Source: Candidatus Eiseniibacteriota bacterium (lineage in GTDB: Bacteria; Eisenbacteria; RBG-16-71-46). Taken from it: 64,000 nucleotides of DNA. Numbering within the stretch: position 1 is the stretch's first letter; every line of letters begins with the position of its first letter. The stretch is taken from NCBI GenBank assembly GCA_963725865.1, contig CAVSAC010000012.1, forward strand, positions 992,001-1,056,000, written 5' to 3'. Position numbers and translations under genes: made by a program. Below are positions 50,024 through 60,320 of the stretch, in pieces. The notes beneath the pieces were generated by a model. The model ran no database searches and was not told where the DNA came from. It was given only the letters and a program-made list of their open reading frames with translations.

Positions 50024-50476
50024 TCACGCAGCGCGCGAGGCGAGTATCTTCTGCACCAGCTGGTCGGCCGCCGGGCCGGCCTTCACCTCGGCGCACGCCG
50101 CCGTCATCACGTAGATGCGCAGGTTGTTGCTCTCGACGTCGGACGGGAACATGAAGAAGCCCTCGCGATCGGGGGAGAACGCGAGCGAGTACCCGCACAG
50201 CAGCTCGCCGTCCTTGAACAACACCGCGAGCTTCTTGCCCTGGCGCGTCTCGGCCGGCGATCCCAGGAAGCCGCGCAGGTCGCGCCGCTTGGGGTTGCCC
50301 GCGAGGTCGCGGACGAAGAACACCGCCTTGAGCTCCTTGCCGCGGACCTCGATGGTCGGCTCGCCGCCGCCGGGCTGCACGTGAAACAGCGGCCGATTGG
50401 GGAAGAAGTCCTGGGTCGCTCCCTTGATCAGCTTCCCGTTCATGTAGTGTGCGACGACCTTGTTGATGTCGCTCAT
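50024..50476 (-). CDS. Hypothetical protein with two internal repeats (DUF6982-like)
   Basis: KVVAHY.NG.LIKG...F.P, LKAVFFV.D..G, and V.FKDGE.L.G...GFF.FP....NN.RIYV. Confidence 0.78.
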   Translation of the reverse strand: MSDINKVVAHYMNGKLIKGATQDFFPNRPLFHVQPGGGEPTIEVRGKELKAVFFVRDLAGNPKRRDLRGFLGSPAETRQGKKLAVLFKDGELLCGYSLAFSPDREGFFMFPSDVESNNLRIYVMTAACAEVKAGPAADQLVQKILASRAA

Positions 50477-50678
50477 GTCCCTTTCCTCCGGGAGAGCAGT
50501 CCTGGATCACGCGCGGTGAAGCGCGCCGGGGGAGACTTCGACCAGTGGGGTATCGGCCGGTCCGCCCCGGCGCTTCAGGCCGTTTCGGAGGCCCCGGCGG
50601 GGCCTTGATGCCGCTGCTCCGATGTGGGAGCGTGGGCCGCCGTTGCCGTTTCCACCCGAGACGCGAAAGGAGCCCCGC

Positions 50679-51170
50679 ATGAAGCACCGCACCCGCTGGC
50701 TCGCCCCGCTCGCGCTGGCTGCGATCGTGGGCTGCCACCACGCAGCCGGCACCAGCCCCGCCGACGTCACCTCCCACGCGGCGTCCGCCAGCGCGGCCGA
50801 GAAGGCCCCCGCCGCGCCCGCGGTTCCCCCGGAGGTCGTGACACCCAGCGGATTGAAGTACCAGGACCTCGTGGTTGGCTCGGGCACGATCGCCGAACCC
50901 GGGATGAGCGTGTCGGTGCACTACACCGGGTGGCTGACCGACGGCACCAAGTTCGACAGCAGCCTCGACCGCGGGCAGCCGTTCACGTTCACGCTGGGTG
51001 CCGGCAACGTGATCCGGGGCTGGGACGAGGGCGTGGCCGGCATGCGGGTCGGGGGCAAGCGCAAGCTCACGATCCCCGCCGAGCTGGGCTATGGCGATCG
51101 CGGCGCCGCGGGCGTGATCCCGGCGGGCGCCACTCTGGTGTTCGAAGTGCAGCTGCTCGGCGTGCGATGA
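50679..51170 (+). CDS. FKBP-type peptidyl-prolyl isomerase, lipoprotein
   Basis: IVGC lipobox; VHYTGWL.DG.KFDSS and VIRGWDEG motifs. Confidence 0.93.
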   Translation: MKHRTRWLAPLALAAIVGCHHAAGTSPADVTSHAASASAAEKAPAAPAVPPEVVTPSGLKYQDLVVGSGTIAEPGMSVSVHYTGWLTDGTKFDSSLDRGQPFTFTLGAGNVIRGWDEGVAGMRVGGKRKLTIPAELGYGDRGAAGVIPAGATLVFEVQLLGVR

Positions 51171-51241
51171 CCGCGGCGGCGTTGCGACGCTCCGTCGCCG
51201 CGCTGCGCCTCGGCCGCACGACCGCGCTCGGGAGGAGTCCG

Positions 51242-51739
51242 ATGACCACGCAGCGAGGTTGGCTCGCCCTGGCGGCCGTGATCGCTCTCGCGGGCTGCCA
51301 GCCGAAGAGCACTCCGCCCGCCGCGTCCACGCCGGCACCGGCGCCCGCGACTCCGGCGGTCGCGGCGCAGGACACCGCGGTGTGGACGATCAACGGCAAG
51401 CCGGTCCGTACCGCGAGCGGGCTGAAGTTCTGGGACCTGGTGGTGGGCAGGGGGGTCGTGGCGAAGTCCGGCTCGACGGTCTCCGTCCATTACGTCGGGC
51501 GCCTGACGGACGGCACCGTCTTCGATCATTCGTACGGCCGCGGCGAGCCGCTGGTGTTCCGGCTCGGCAGCGGGCAGGTCATCAAGGGATGGGACGAGGG
51601 CATCTCCGGAATGAAGGTCGGCGGCAGGCGCAAGCTCGAGATCCCGCCGGCGCTGGCGTACGGCGACAACGGGGCCGGCGGCGTCATCCCGCCCCGTGCC
51701 ACCCTCGTGTTCCAGGTCGAGCTCGTGGACGTCAAGTGA
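51242..51739 (+). CDS. FKBP-type peptidyl-prolyl isomerase, lipoprotein
   Basis: LAGC lipobox; VHYVG.L.DG..FD.S and VIKGWDEG motifs. Confidence 0.93.
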   Translation: MTTQRGWLALAAVIALAGCQPKSTPPAASTPAPAPATPAVAAQDTAVWTINGKPVRTASGLKFWDLVVGRGVVAKSGSTVSVHYVGRLTDGTVFDHSYGRGEPLVFRLGSGQVIKGWDEGISGMKVGGRRKLEIPPALAYGDNGAGGVIPPRATLVFQVELVDVK

Positions 51740-51800
51740 AGTGACCGAGCGCGGCGGCTCCTCGCGGGGTCGCCGCGCCTTCGTGCAGAGGAGCTTCCCC

Positions 51801-54485
51801 ATGCTGCGTCCCTCCGCCATGGCCGTGCTGCTCCTGTTCGTCGCGCCGACGGCCGCGCTCGCGTCACCCGCCCCGGTCCGTTCGTCCGCCCCCCGCGCTC
51901 CGGCGACGTTCGACCAGCGCACGCTCAAGGACTACCCGTGGCGCTCGATCGGCCCCGCGACGATGGGTGGCCGCGTCTCCAGCATCGCGGTGGACGAGGC
52001 GCACCCGGCGACCGTATGGCTGGGGCTCGGCACCGGCGGGCTGTTCAAGTCGACCGACCTCGGCACCACGTGGATGCCGATGTTCGACGATCAGCCGGTC
52101 GCCTCGATCGGCGACGTCGCCCTGTGGCCGAAGAACCCGGACGTGGTCTGGGTGGGCACCGGCGAGGCCAACAGCCGCAATTCGTCGTCGTGGGGGAACG
52201 GGGTCTACCGCAGCGACGACGGCGGCGCCACCTGGTCACCCCGCGGGCTCGAGGGGACGCGCAGCATCGCGCGCGTGGTGCCGCATCCGACCGACAGCAA
52301 CACGGTCTACGTGGCGGCGCTCGGACGGCTGTGGGGCGAGAGCCGAGAACGCGGCGTGTTCAAGACCACCGACGGCGGCCGCACCTGGCAGCCGGTGCTC
52401 CAGGTCGACGCGCGCACCGGCGCGGTCGACCTGGCGATGGACCCCGGCGATCCGCAGGTGCTCTACGCGGCGATGTACACCCGGCTGCGCACGCCGTGGT
52501 CGTACGAGGGCGGCAGCGCGGTCGGCGGCATCTTTCGCACGCACGACGGCGGCCGCACCTGGACGCGCTGCACCGACGGGCTGCCGGCGCACACCGGACG
52601 CATCGGGCTCCAGGTGTGGCGCAGGGATCCGCGCGTGGTGTTCGCGGTGGTGGAGTCGGACGAGGGCGGCCACCTCTCCGACTTCGAGGACAAGAGCCGC
52701 ACGGGTGGCGTGTTCCGCAGCGACGATCGCGGCGAGCACTGGCGGCGGCTCACCGACCTGGTGCCGCGACCGTTCTACTTCGGCCAGATCCGCGTGCAGC
52801 CCGACGACAGCACCCGCGTCTACCTGCTCGGCACCGACCTGTGGATCTCCGACGACGGCGGCCACCACTTCCGCGCCGGCGGAGCGCGCAACCTGCACCC
52901 CGATCTCCACGCGATGTGGGTCGACCCGACCGGAGGCGGGCGGGTGCTGATGGGGACCGACGGCGGGTTGTTCCTCAGCCACGACCGCGCGGCGCACTGG
53001 GACTTCGTCAACAACCTCGCGATCGGCGAGTTCTACGACCTCGCGGTGGACATGGGCGACCCGTACCGCGTGTACGGCGGCTTGCAGGACAACCAGTCGT
53101 GGGGCGGCCCGAGCCGCACGCGCTTCGAGACGCAGACGTGGGGCGAGGAGGACCGGCATCTCGGCATCCTGAACCACGACTGGACCTGCCTCGGTGGCGG
53201 CGACGGCTTCCACGTCGCGGCGGATCCGACCGATCCCGACATCGTGTACTGGGAGTCGCAGGGCGGCTCGCTCGTGCGCACCGATCTCGCGAGCGGCGTG
53301 CAGCGGCGGCTCCAGCCGGTGGCCAAGGAGGGGCAGCCGGTGTTCCGATTCAATTGGAACACGCCCTTCATGATCTCGCCGCACGACCCGAGCGTGCTGT
53401 GGATGGGCGGCAACCGGCTCTTCCGGCTCGAGCAGCGCGGCGACCGGTGGGAACCGGCGAGCCCCGACCTGACCACCCAGGATCCGCGGCGCATGGTGAC
53501 CGGCGGTTCGGGCGCCGAGACCTACTGCACCATCACCACGCTCTGCGAGTCCCCGCTGCAGCGCGGGCTGGTGTGGGTGGGCACCGACGACGGCAAGGTG
53601 TGGGTGACGCCCGATGGCGGCGCGACGTGGGAGGACCTCACGAGCGCGCTGCGCGGAGTGCCGGCGGGACTGTACGTCACCTGCATCGAGGCCTCGCATC
53701 ACGACCCGCGCACCGCCTTCGTGTCGATCGACGGGCATCGCTCGGATCACCTGGCGCCGTACGTGCTTGTGACGCATGACCGCGGCCGCACGTGGAGTCC
53801 GATCGTCGGGGACCTGCCGCGCGAGGTGCCGGTGCACGTCGTGCGCGAGGACCTCGCCGATCCGTCGCTGCTGTTCGTGGGCACCGAGACCGGGATCCAC
53901 CTGAGCCTCGACGGCGGCGCGCACTGGACGCGGATGGACCGCGGCCTGCCGACAGTGGCGGTGGACGACATCGTCATCCACCCGCGCGAGCGCGACCTCA
54001 TCGCTGGCACCCACGGCCGCAGCGTGTACGTGCTCGACGACATCGGACCACTCGAGCAGTGGAAGGCGACCGCGCAGCACGACACCGTCACGTTCTTCGC
54101 CCCGCGACCGGCCACCGCGTACCTGATCCAGGGGATCGGCGGTGTGTGGGGCCAGAAGTCGTTCGCGGCGAAGAACCCGGCGTTCGGGGCGTCGCTCGAC
54201 TACCTGCTCGCGCACGACATGGACGACGAAGTGTCGATCACGATCGCCGACAGCGCCGGGCGCACGGTGCGCACGCTGAAGGGGCCGGGCACCGCGGGCC
54301 TCCATCGCGTGATGTGGGACCTGATCGCCGGCGACCCGCGCGCGCGCGTCGAGCGCCCCGAGTGGCTCGACCGTCCCGAGTTCGTCGAGCCGGGACGTTA
54401 CACGGTCACGCTGAAGTGCCCCGGCGCGACCACCCGGCAGCAGCCGCTGGTGGTGCGGGCGGCGCCCGGGGCGCCGACGCGCTGA
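51801..54485 (+). CDS. Secreted BNR/VPS10-type beta-propeller protein (putative glycosyl hydrolase)
   Basis: WRSIGP..MGGR, repeated S/T.D.G.TW Asp-boxes, GGLQDN and RFNWNTP motifs. Confidence 0.88.
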   Translation: MLRPSAMAVLLLFVAPTAALASPAPVRSSAPRAPATFDQRTLKDYPWRSIGPATMGGRVSSIAVDEAHPATVWLGLGTGGLFKSTDLGTTWMPMFDDQPVASIGDVALWPKNPDVVWVGTGEANSRNSSSWGNGVYRSDDGGATWSPRGLEGTRSIARVVPHPTDSNTVYVAALGRLWGESRERGVFKTTDGGRTWQPVLQVDARTGAVDLAMDPGDPQVLYAAMYTRLRTPWSYEGGSAVGGIFRTHDGGRTWTRCTDGLPAHTGRIGLQVWRRDPRVVFAVVESDEGGHLSDFEDKSRTGGVFRSDDRGEHWRRLTDLVPRPFYFGQIRVQPDDSTRVYLLGTDLWISDDGGHHFRAGGARNLHPDLHAMWVDPTGGGRVLMGTDGGLFLSHDRAAHWDFVNNLAIGEFYDLAVDMGDPYRVYGGLQDNQSWGGPSRTRFETQTWGEEDRHLGILNHDWTCLGGGDGFHVAADPTDPDIVYWESQGGSLVRTDLASGVQRRLQPVAKEGQPVFRFNWNTPFMISPHDPSVLWMGGNRLFRLEQRGDRWEPASPDLTTQDPRRMVTGGSGAETYCTITTLCESPLQRGLVWVGTDDGKVWVTPDGGATWEDLTSALRGVPAGLYVTCIEASHHDPRTAFVSIDGHRSDHLAPYVLVTHDRGRTWSPIVGDLPREVPVHVVREDLADPSLLFVGTETGIHLSLDGGAHWTRMDRGLPTVAVDDIVIHPRERDLIAGTHGRSVYVLDDIGPLEQWKATAQHDTVTFFAPRPATAYLIQGIGGVWGQKSFAAKNPAFGASLDYLLAHDMDDEVSITIADSAGRTVRTLKGPGTAGLHRVMWDLIAGDPRARVERPEWLDRPEFVEPGRYTVTLKCPGATTRQQPLVVRAAPGAPTR

Positions 54486-54729
54486 GACGGGGCGCGGGAT
54501 CCCGGACGCGGCCCGGCTTGACCGGCACCGGGCCGAGGCGGGAGACTCGTGGCCGTTCGGATCCGCGCCTTCGCGCCGCCTGAAGGCTTCAGTCGCAGCC
54601 GCGGGATCGATGGACCCCGCGGCTGTGCGCGTTCGGAGCGGTATCCGACGGCATCCGCATGGTGGCGTCCCGGGACGTCATCGACATCGAAGGAGGGGAC
54701 GCCGCGTCCCCGCATCGAAGGAGTCCGCA

Positions 54730-54930
54730 GTGGCCAGTGGTACCGTGAAGTGGTTCAACGACGCGAAGGGATTCGGCTTCATCTCGCAGGAGGGTGGCGA
54801 GGACGTGTTCGTGCATTTCTCGGCCATCCAGGGCGAGGGCTTCAAGAGCCTCGTCGAGGGCGACAAGGTCGAGTTCGACATCGTCCAGGGGCCGAAGGGC
54901 CTGCAGGCGAGCAACGTCCACAAGTCCTGA
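54730..54930 (+). CDS. csp: Cold-shock protein
   Basis: [15 protein letters not shown] and DVFVHFSAI motifs; GTG start after AAGGAG. Confidence 0.96.
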   Translation: MASGTVKWFNDAKGFGFISQEGGEDVFVHFSAIQGEGFKSLVEGDKVEFDIVQGPKGLQASNVHKS

Positions 54931-54945
54931 TCCTCGTGAACGCCC

Positions 54946-54984
54946 GGAGCCGGACGGCTGCTCCAGCCGCCCGGCTCCTTCATT
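54946..54984 (+). terminator. Stem-loop terminator after csp
   Basis: GGAGCCGGACGGCTG-CTC-CAGCCGCCCGGCTCC followed by TTCATT. Confidence 0.65.
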
Positions 54985-55043
54985 GGGCCACGCCCCAACC
55001 CGTCTGTGGATGATGATTTGCGACCGTCACCTCGTGCAGGGTC

Positions 55044-57299
55044 TCAGTCGGACTCGCGGCGCTGCACGGGTGAGGCGAGCAGCTGGTCGACCCCGATCAC
55101 CACTCCATGGCCATCGACCTGACCGAAGCGCAGGACGCCGGTCGGACACACGTGCACGCACGCCGAGCAGCGCACGCATTCGGGGTCGGCCATCGGCGCG
55201 CCGCGGTTCGCGAAGCGCATCACGTCGATGCCCTGGTGACAGACCGCGGTGCACTGCCCGCACGAGATGCACTTCTTCTTTTCGGCGAGGATGCGGAATC
55301 GGCTGAATCGTGCATACACGTGCATGAGGGCCGCGAGCGGGCAGAAGAAGCGGCACCAGAAGCGGCCCGAGTACCAGAAGTAGACGCCGTAGCCGACCAC
55401 GCCCGCGAGGAACACGTCGATCGTCCACTGGTACGGCGTCTTCAACAGCGGCTCGAAGATCCGGTCCGCCCAGTTCCCCGCCGGCAGCAGCCAGCCCGCG
55501 ATTCGCACCAGCAGTATCAACGCCACGAGCCCGAGCAGCGCCTGTCCCGCGAGCTGGAGCCGATTCCAGCCGGGACCGTGCGGCATCTTGTGCCGATGGG
55601 TGTCGCCGAGGGTCTCGGCCAGCGCGCCGCACGAGCACACCCACCCGCAGTAGGCGCCCTTGCCGTACAGATACACGCCGAACGGGATGAGCACGCACGT
55701 CTGCACGAACGAGATCGCCAGCCACCATCCGAGCGGCTGGTGCGTGAATACGTTGTAGACGTCGAGCGGCCACGCGAGCACCAGCCCGTAGGCGCGCCAG
55801 TACTCGCGGCCGTGTCCGTAGCCGACCACCGGGAACAGCGCGTCGAGCAGCCCGCGTGGCAGCCAGCCGTGGGCGCCCATCAGCGGCAGCAGCACCTCGG
55901 GGAGCAGGAACAGCGGCCCCACCTGCACCGCCATCAGCGTGAGCGTCTGCGCGGTGATGTAGGGCGTACGGCGGCGCCGGATGCGGCGCAGCCCGAACAC
56001 CACGACGACCGTGGAGTAGGCGAGCGTGTACCAGAACGAGGGGCCCGACGCGCTGATGGCGAGCGTGCCGAGCAGCGTGTGCGGATCGGCGGCCTGCGCG
56101 GCCATCGCGCCACCGGCCGCGCGCAGCCGCTCGGGCAGGTCGGTGGGGAACCAGTGGCGCGCGTACCAGAGCGACGAGAAATAGCCGCCCGACTTCCAGT
56201 CGTAGAGCCACGCGCAGCCGAGCATGAACGCGGCCATCGCGAGCAGCCGGGCCCGGGTCCATTCGCCGGCGATCGCGACGCCGCAGCGGCGCAGGAACTC
56301 GAGCGGCGCGGTGCGCCCGATCATCGTGAAGACGGCGTCGGCGGCGAGCGACGTCTCGCGGCCGCCGGCGTCCACGAGCCGCACCGCGTCGGGCGCGATC
56401 GCACGCACCGTGGTGCGCAGCCGCACGGCGATCCGGCCGGCGGCCGGCACGGCGTCGGCGCTCGCGAGCGCCTGCACCCGCTCGATGTTCTCCGGCTTCG
56501 CGCGTGCGAGATCCTCGCCGCGGTGCGCCAGCGTGACCGCCGCGCCCGCCTCGGCGAGCGCCGACGCGGTCTCGAGTGCGGAGTCGCCGCCGCCAGCCAC
56601 CAGCACGCGGCGGCCCGCGAAGTCGCCCGGGTCGTGCAGGCGATTGCTCACCAGGTCGAGGTCCTCGCCCGGCACCCCGAGCCGCCGGTACTCGCCGCTG
56701 CGGCCGATGGCGAGTACCGCGCGCCGCGCGTGCACCTCGCCGCCGCCCGCCAGCCGCGCCACCAGCCCGCCGCCCGCGCGCCCGACCGACTCCACGAGCG
56801 CGGGCTCGGGGGCGATCCCGAGTACTGCCGCCTGCGCGCGCAGCTCGTCCAGCAGCGTCTCCTTCACGGTCGCGCGCACCTGCAGCGCGGACGTCGGAGT
56901 CATGGCGCGGGGGTACGTGAAGATCGGCTTCGCGCGCGGGAAGTTCGCGATGGTGGAGAACGCCTCGGCGCTCTCGAGCAGCCGGAACGAGAGGCCGAGC
57001 TTGCGCGCCTCGGCCGCCGCCGCGACGCCCGCCGGACCCGCGCCCACGATCACCACGTCGACCGCGCCCGCCGGCACGTCGGCCGCGCGCCAGGCGGCGT
57101 CGGCGGCGATGGCGCGCATCACCCGGGCGCCGGACTCCAGCGCGCTCTTCAGCAGCGGCACGCCCGCGAGGTCGCCGGCGACGTACACGCCGGCCACCGA
57201 CGTGGCGCCGTCCTCGCGCACCGCCGGCGCGGGCTCGACGAGTCCGGCCGGCCAGCGCAGGTGCAGCCAGCGGGCATAGCGGCGCAACGGGCCGATCAT
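55044..57299 (-). CDS. FAD/NAD(P)-binding TrxB/YpdA-like oxidoreductase fused to a NapH/MauN-like membrane 4Fe-4S domain
   Basis: GAGPAG and GGGDSA motifs; TM region with YCGWVCSCG and WCRFFCPL; two CxxCxxCxxxC motifs. Confidence 0.85.
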   Translation of the reverse strand: MIGPLRRYARWLHLRWPAGLVEPAPAVREDGATSVAGVYVAGDLAGVPLLKSALESGARVMRAIAADAAWRAADVPAGAVDVVIVGAGPAGVAAAAEARKLGLSFRLLESAEAFSTIANFPRAKPIFTYPRAMTPTSALQVRATVKETLLDELRAQAAVLGIAPEPALVESVGRAGGGLVARLAGGGEVHARRAVLAIGRSGEYRRLGVPGEDLDLVSNRLHDPGDFAGRRVLVAGGGDSALETASALAEAGAAVTLAHRGEDLARAKPENIERVQALASADAVPAAGRIAVRLRTTVRAIAPDAVRLVDAGGRETSLAADAVFTMIGRTAPLEFLRRCGVAIAGEWTRARLLAMAAFMLGCAWLYDWKSGGYFSSLWYARHWFPTDLPERLRAAGGAMAAQAADPHTLLGTLAISASGPSFWYTLAYSTVVVVFGLRRIRRRRTPYITAQTLTLMAVQVGPLFLLPEVLLPLMGAHGWLPRGLLDALFPVVGYGHGREYWRAYGLVLAWPLDVYNVFTHQPLGWWLAISFVQTCVLIPFGVYLYGKGAYCGWVCSCGALAETLGDTHRHKMPHGPGWNRLQLAGQALLGLVALILLVRIAGWLLPAGNWADRIFEPLLKTPYQWTIDVFLAGVVGYGVYFWYSGRFWCRFFCPLAALMHVYARFSRFRILAEKKKCISCGQCTAVCHQGIDVMRFANRGAPMADPECVRCSACVHVCPTGVLRFGQVDGHGVVIGVDQLLASPVQRRESD

Positions 57300-58225
57300 G
57301 CCCGGGGTGGTCCGGATCCGCCCGCGACCGCGGCGCGCAGTCGCAGCCGGTCGCCCGCGAGCGCCAGCGCCAGCCCCGCCATCACGAGCACCGTGCCGAG
57401 CACCTCGCCGCTCTCGAGCCGCTCGCCGCGGAACACCACGCCGAGCGCGAGCGCGACCACCGGGACGATCACCGAGATGAACGAGATGCGCGTGACGGGC
57501 CAGTGGTTGACCAGCCACGCGTACAACCCGAAGGCCCCGATCGAGCCGGCGACCACGAGGTAAAGCACCGGGAGGAGTTCGGGGCCGCGGGTGGGCAGCG
57601 GGTGCGGCTCGCGCGCCAGGACGCTGGCCAGCATCGCCGCCCCGAAGCCCGTGAACGAGGCGATCGCGTTGGCGGCCAGCGGATCCTGGCGCGGCCCGCG
57701 CTTGAGCACCACGCCGGACGCCGCCGCGCAGGTCGCGGCGAACACCGCGGCGGCGACCGGCAGCGCCTGCACCGCGCCCGACGCGCGCCCGGCCACGATC
57801 GCGACGACGCCACCGAGCGCGACCAGGGCGCCGGCGATCTTGAGCGGCACCAGCCGCTCGAGCCCGGACGCCCGCGCGAACAGGGCGGTCGTGAGCGGGA
57901 TGGTGGCGTAGAGCACCGCGACCAGTCCCGAGGGCACCACCAGCTCGGACCAGTACAGCAGCGGCATGCTGATCCCCATGTTGAGGAGGCCGTAGCCGGC
58001 CGCGGCGCGCAGCGCGGCTCCGCGCGGAAGCCGGCGGCCGAGCGCGTAGGTGATCGCCGTGAGCAGCACGCCCGCGAGCGCCATGCGCAGCGCGACGGCC
58101 CAGCACGGCGGCAGCGCGTCGTCGCCGATCGAGATGACCAGGAACGTGCTGCCCCAGATGGTGCTGCAGCCGGCGAACGCGGCCCACGCGGCGGTGCCGC
58201 CGGAGGCCTGCTCGGTGGTGCTCAC
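57296..58225 (-). CDS. EamA/DMT family transporter
   Basis: IWGSTF, VPSG and PVVA..LG....E motifs; about 10 TM. Confidence 0.88.
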   Translation of the reverse strand: MSTTEQASGGTAAWAAFAGCSTIWGSTFLVISIGDDALPPCWAVALRMALAGVLLTAITYALGRRLPRGAALRAAAGYGLLNMGISMPLLYWSELVVPSGLVAVLYATIPLTTALFARASGLERLVPLKIAGALVALGGVVAIVAGRASGAVQALPVAAAVFAATCAAASGVVLKRGPRQDPLAANAIASFTGFGAAMLASVLAREPHPLPTRGPELLPVLYLVVAGSIGAFGLYAWLVNHWPVTRISFISVIVPVVALALGVVFRGERLESGEVLGTVLVMAGLALALAGDRLRLRAAVAGGSGPPRA

Positions 58226-58323
58226 GGATCCTCCCAGGTTGGGGCGCGGACGGCGACGCGCGCGGCCGGCACCATAGCCGTTCGAGGTCGCGGCGTCACG
58301 GCCGGGAGCGATGGACGCACGAA

Positions 58324-58350
58324 GGGCGGCGCCGCACGGCGACGCCGCCC
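58324..58350 (-). terminator. Stem-loop after the malic enzyme gene
   Basis: GGGCGGCG...CGCCGCCC inverted repeat 20 nt past the stop; weak U tract. Confidence 0.45.
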
Positions 58351-58369
58351 TCGGTTCTGCGGGTCGACC

Positions 58370-60107
58370 TCAGCGACGGCTCTCCGTCGCCAGCTCCTCG
58401 TGCACCGACCGCCGGGTGTCGGGCTCGATCGCCGGGTAGTCGGGGAACCACATCGCGTCCTTCACGGACTGCTCGATCGCGTCGTCGGCGATCATGCGCC
58501 CGAGGTTCAGGCGCTGCGCCTCGCGAATCACCGCGGCCGCGATCCGGGCACTGACCTTGCGCAGCCCGTCCGCGTCGGGGTACAGCTGGCCGCACGCGAG
58601 CTGCTGCTCGGTCACGCACGACGCCAGCGCCTTGGCCGCGATCAGGAACATGCTGTCGGTGACCTCGCGGGTCTCGGACAGGATGATGCCCAGCCCCACG
58701 CCCGGGAAGATGAACACGTTGTTGCCCTGACCGACCTTGTGGACGACGCCCTGGTAGGTCACCGGGCGGAACGGGCTGCCGGTCGCGATGATCGCGCGGC
58801 CCTCGGTCCACTGGATGGCCTCCTCGGGCGTGCACTCGCTCTTCGAGGTGGGGTTGGAGAGCGCGAACAGCACCGGGCGCTCGACGTGCCGCGCCATCTC
58901 GGTCAGCACTTCCTTGCTGAACAACCCGGGGGTGGCGCTGGTGCCGACCAGGATCGTGGGCTTCAGCTTCCGCACCACCTCGAGCAGGTCGAACGGGCCG
59001 TCGCCCTCGAACCCGTAGCCGCGCAGCTCCTCGCGGGTGAGCGCGAACTCGCGCTTCGGCACGTCCATCGGCTTGCCGTCGTCCCACACCAGGCCGTGCG
59101 AGTCCAGCAGTACCTGCGAGCGCCGCAGCTTCCCCGCGTCGCTGCACGACTCCGACATCGCGCTGCGCACCAGTCGCGCGATGCCGACGCCGGCCGAGCC
59201 GGCGCCCGCGTACACGATGCGCTGCTCCTCGAGCCGGCCGCCCGTGATACGGAGCGAGGCGAGCAGCCCGGCCACGATGACGGCGGAGGTGCCCTGGATG
59301 TCGTCGTTGAAGCACGTGAGGCGCTTGCGATAGCGGTCGAGGAGGCGGAAGGCGTTGTCCTTCGCGAAGTCCTCCCACTGCAGCAGCGCGCGCGGGAACA
59401 CCTCGCGCACCGCTTCGACGAACGCCTCGATGAAGCGGTCGTAGCGCTCGCCGCGCAGCCGGCGCTGGCGGTAGCCGACGTAGTACGGGTCGTTCAGCAG
59501 CTCGGCGTTGTTGGTGCCGATGTCGAGGCTGATCGGCAGGCACTGCGACGGGATGGATGCCGGCGGCCGCGGTGTAGAGCGCGAGCTTGCCGATCGGGAT
59601 GCCCATGCCGCCAGCGCCCTGGTCGCCGAGCCCGAGGATGCGCTCGTTGTCCGTCACCACGATCAGCCGCACGTCCTCGCGCCCGCAGTTGCGGAGCACC
59701 TCGGGGATCGAGTCCTCGTCCTCGGGCGTCAGCCAGACTCCGCGCGGCTGGCGGAAGATGTGGCTGAACATCTGGCAGGCCTTGCCGACCACGGGCGTGT
59801 ACACGATCGGCAGGAACTCGATCGCGTTCTCGACCAGCAGCCGGTAGAACAGCGTCTCGTTCCGGTCCTGGAGCGCGACCATGCCGATGTACTTCTCCAG
59901 GTCGGTGGATTTCGCCCGCAGGTGCTCCAGCTCGAGCGCCACCTGCTCCTCGATGGTGAGGTGGGCGGCCGGCAGCAGACCCCGCAGGCGCAGGGCCCGG
60001 CGTTCCTCGGGCGTGAACGCGAGCCCCTTGTTGCTGAGCGATTCGCGCATCAATGCGGGTCCGCGCCGCACGGTCTTCGCGGTACGGATGTTCTCGGAGC
60101 GGTCCAT
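58370..60107 (-). CDS. maeA: NAD-dependent malic enzyme; +1 frameshift near 59551
   Basis: [24 protein letters not shown] and [12 protein letters not shown] in one frame; [26 protein letters not shown] and LSNPT in another. Confidence 0.92.
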
Positions 60108-60242
60108 CGGATCCCCTTTCACGGCGATCACGGGCCGGACCACCGCCGCGGCGAGGGCGGAACGCCGAGGTCCGGAGCGCGAAGCGCCGAAAGCACTTGT
60201 CGTCTCATGGGCGCTGGGGTCCGAAGCACCCGGATACTCCGC

Positions 60243-60271
60243 ATCCTACTCCCAACTCCCAGCGCCGCCAA
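60243..60271 (-). promoter_or_regulatory. Sigma70-type promoter of the malic enzyme gene
   Basis: Minus strand TTGGCG-17-TAGGAT. Confidence 0.55.
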
Positions 60272-60320
60272 TCCGAGCGGCCGCACCGCTCGCGGGCGGC
60301 CGCAGCCGCGGCGCGGCCGG

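Noticed and set aside
34183..59552. Programmed frameshifting as the explanation for the pepD and malic enzyme breaks
   Set aside because: There is no slippery heptamer or long homopolymer at either site; single extra C bases fit sequencing error better.
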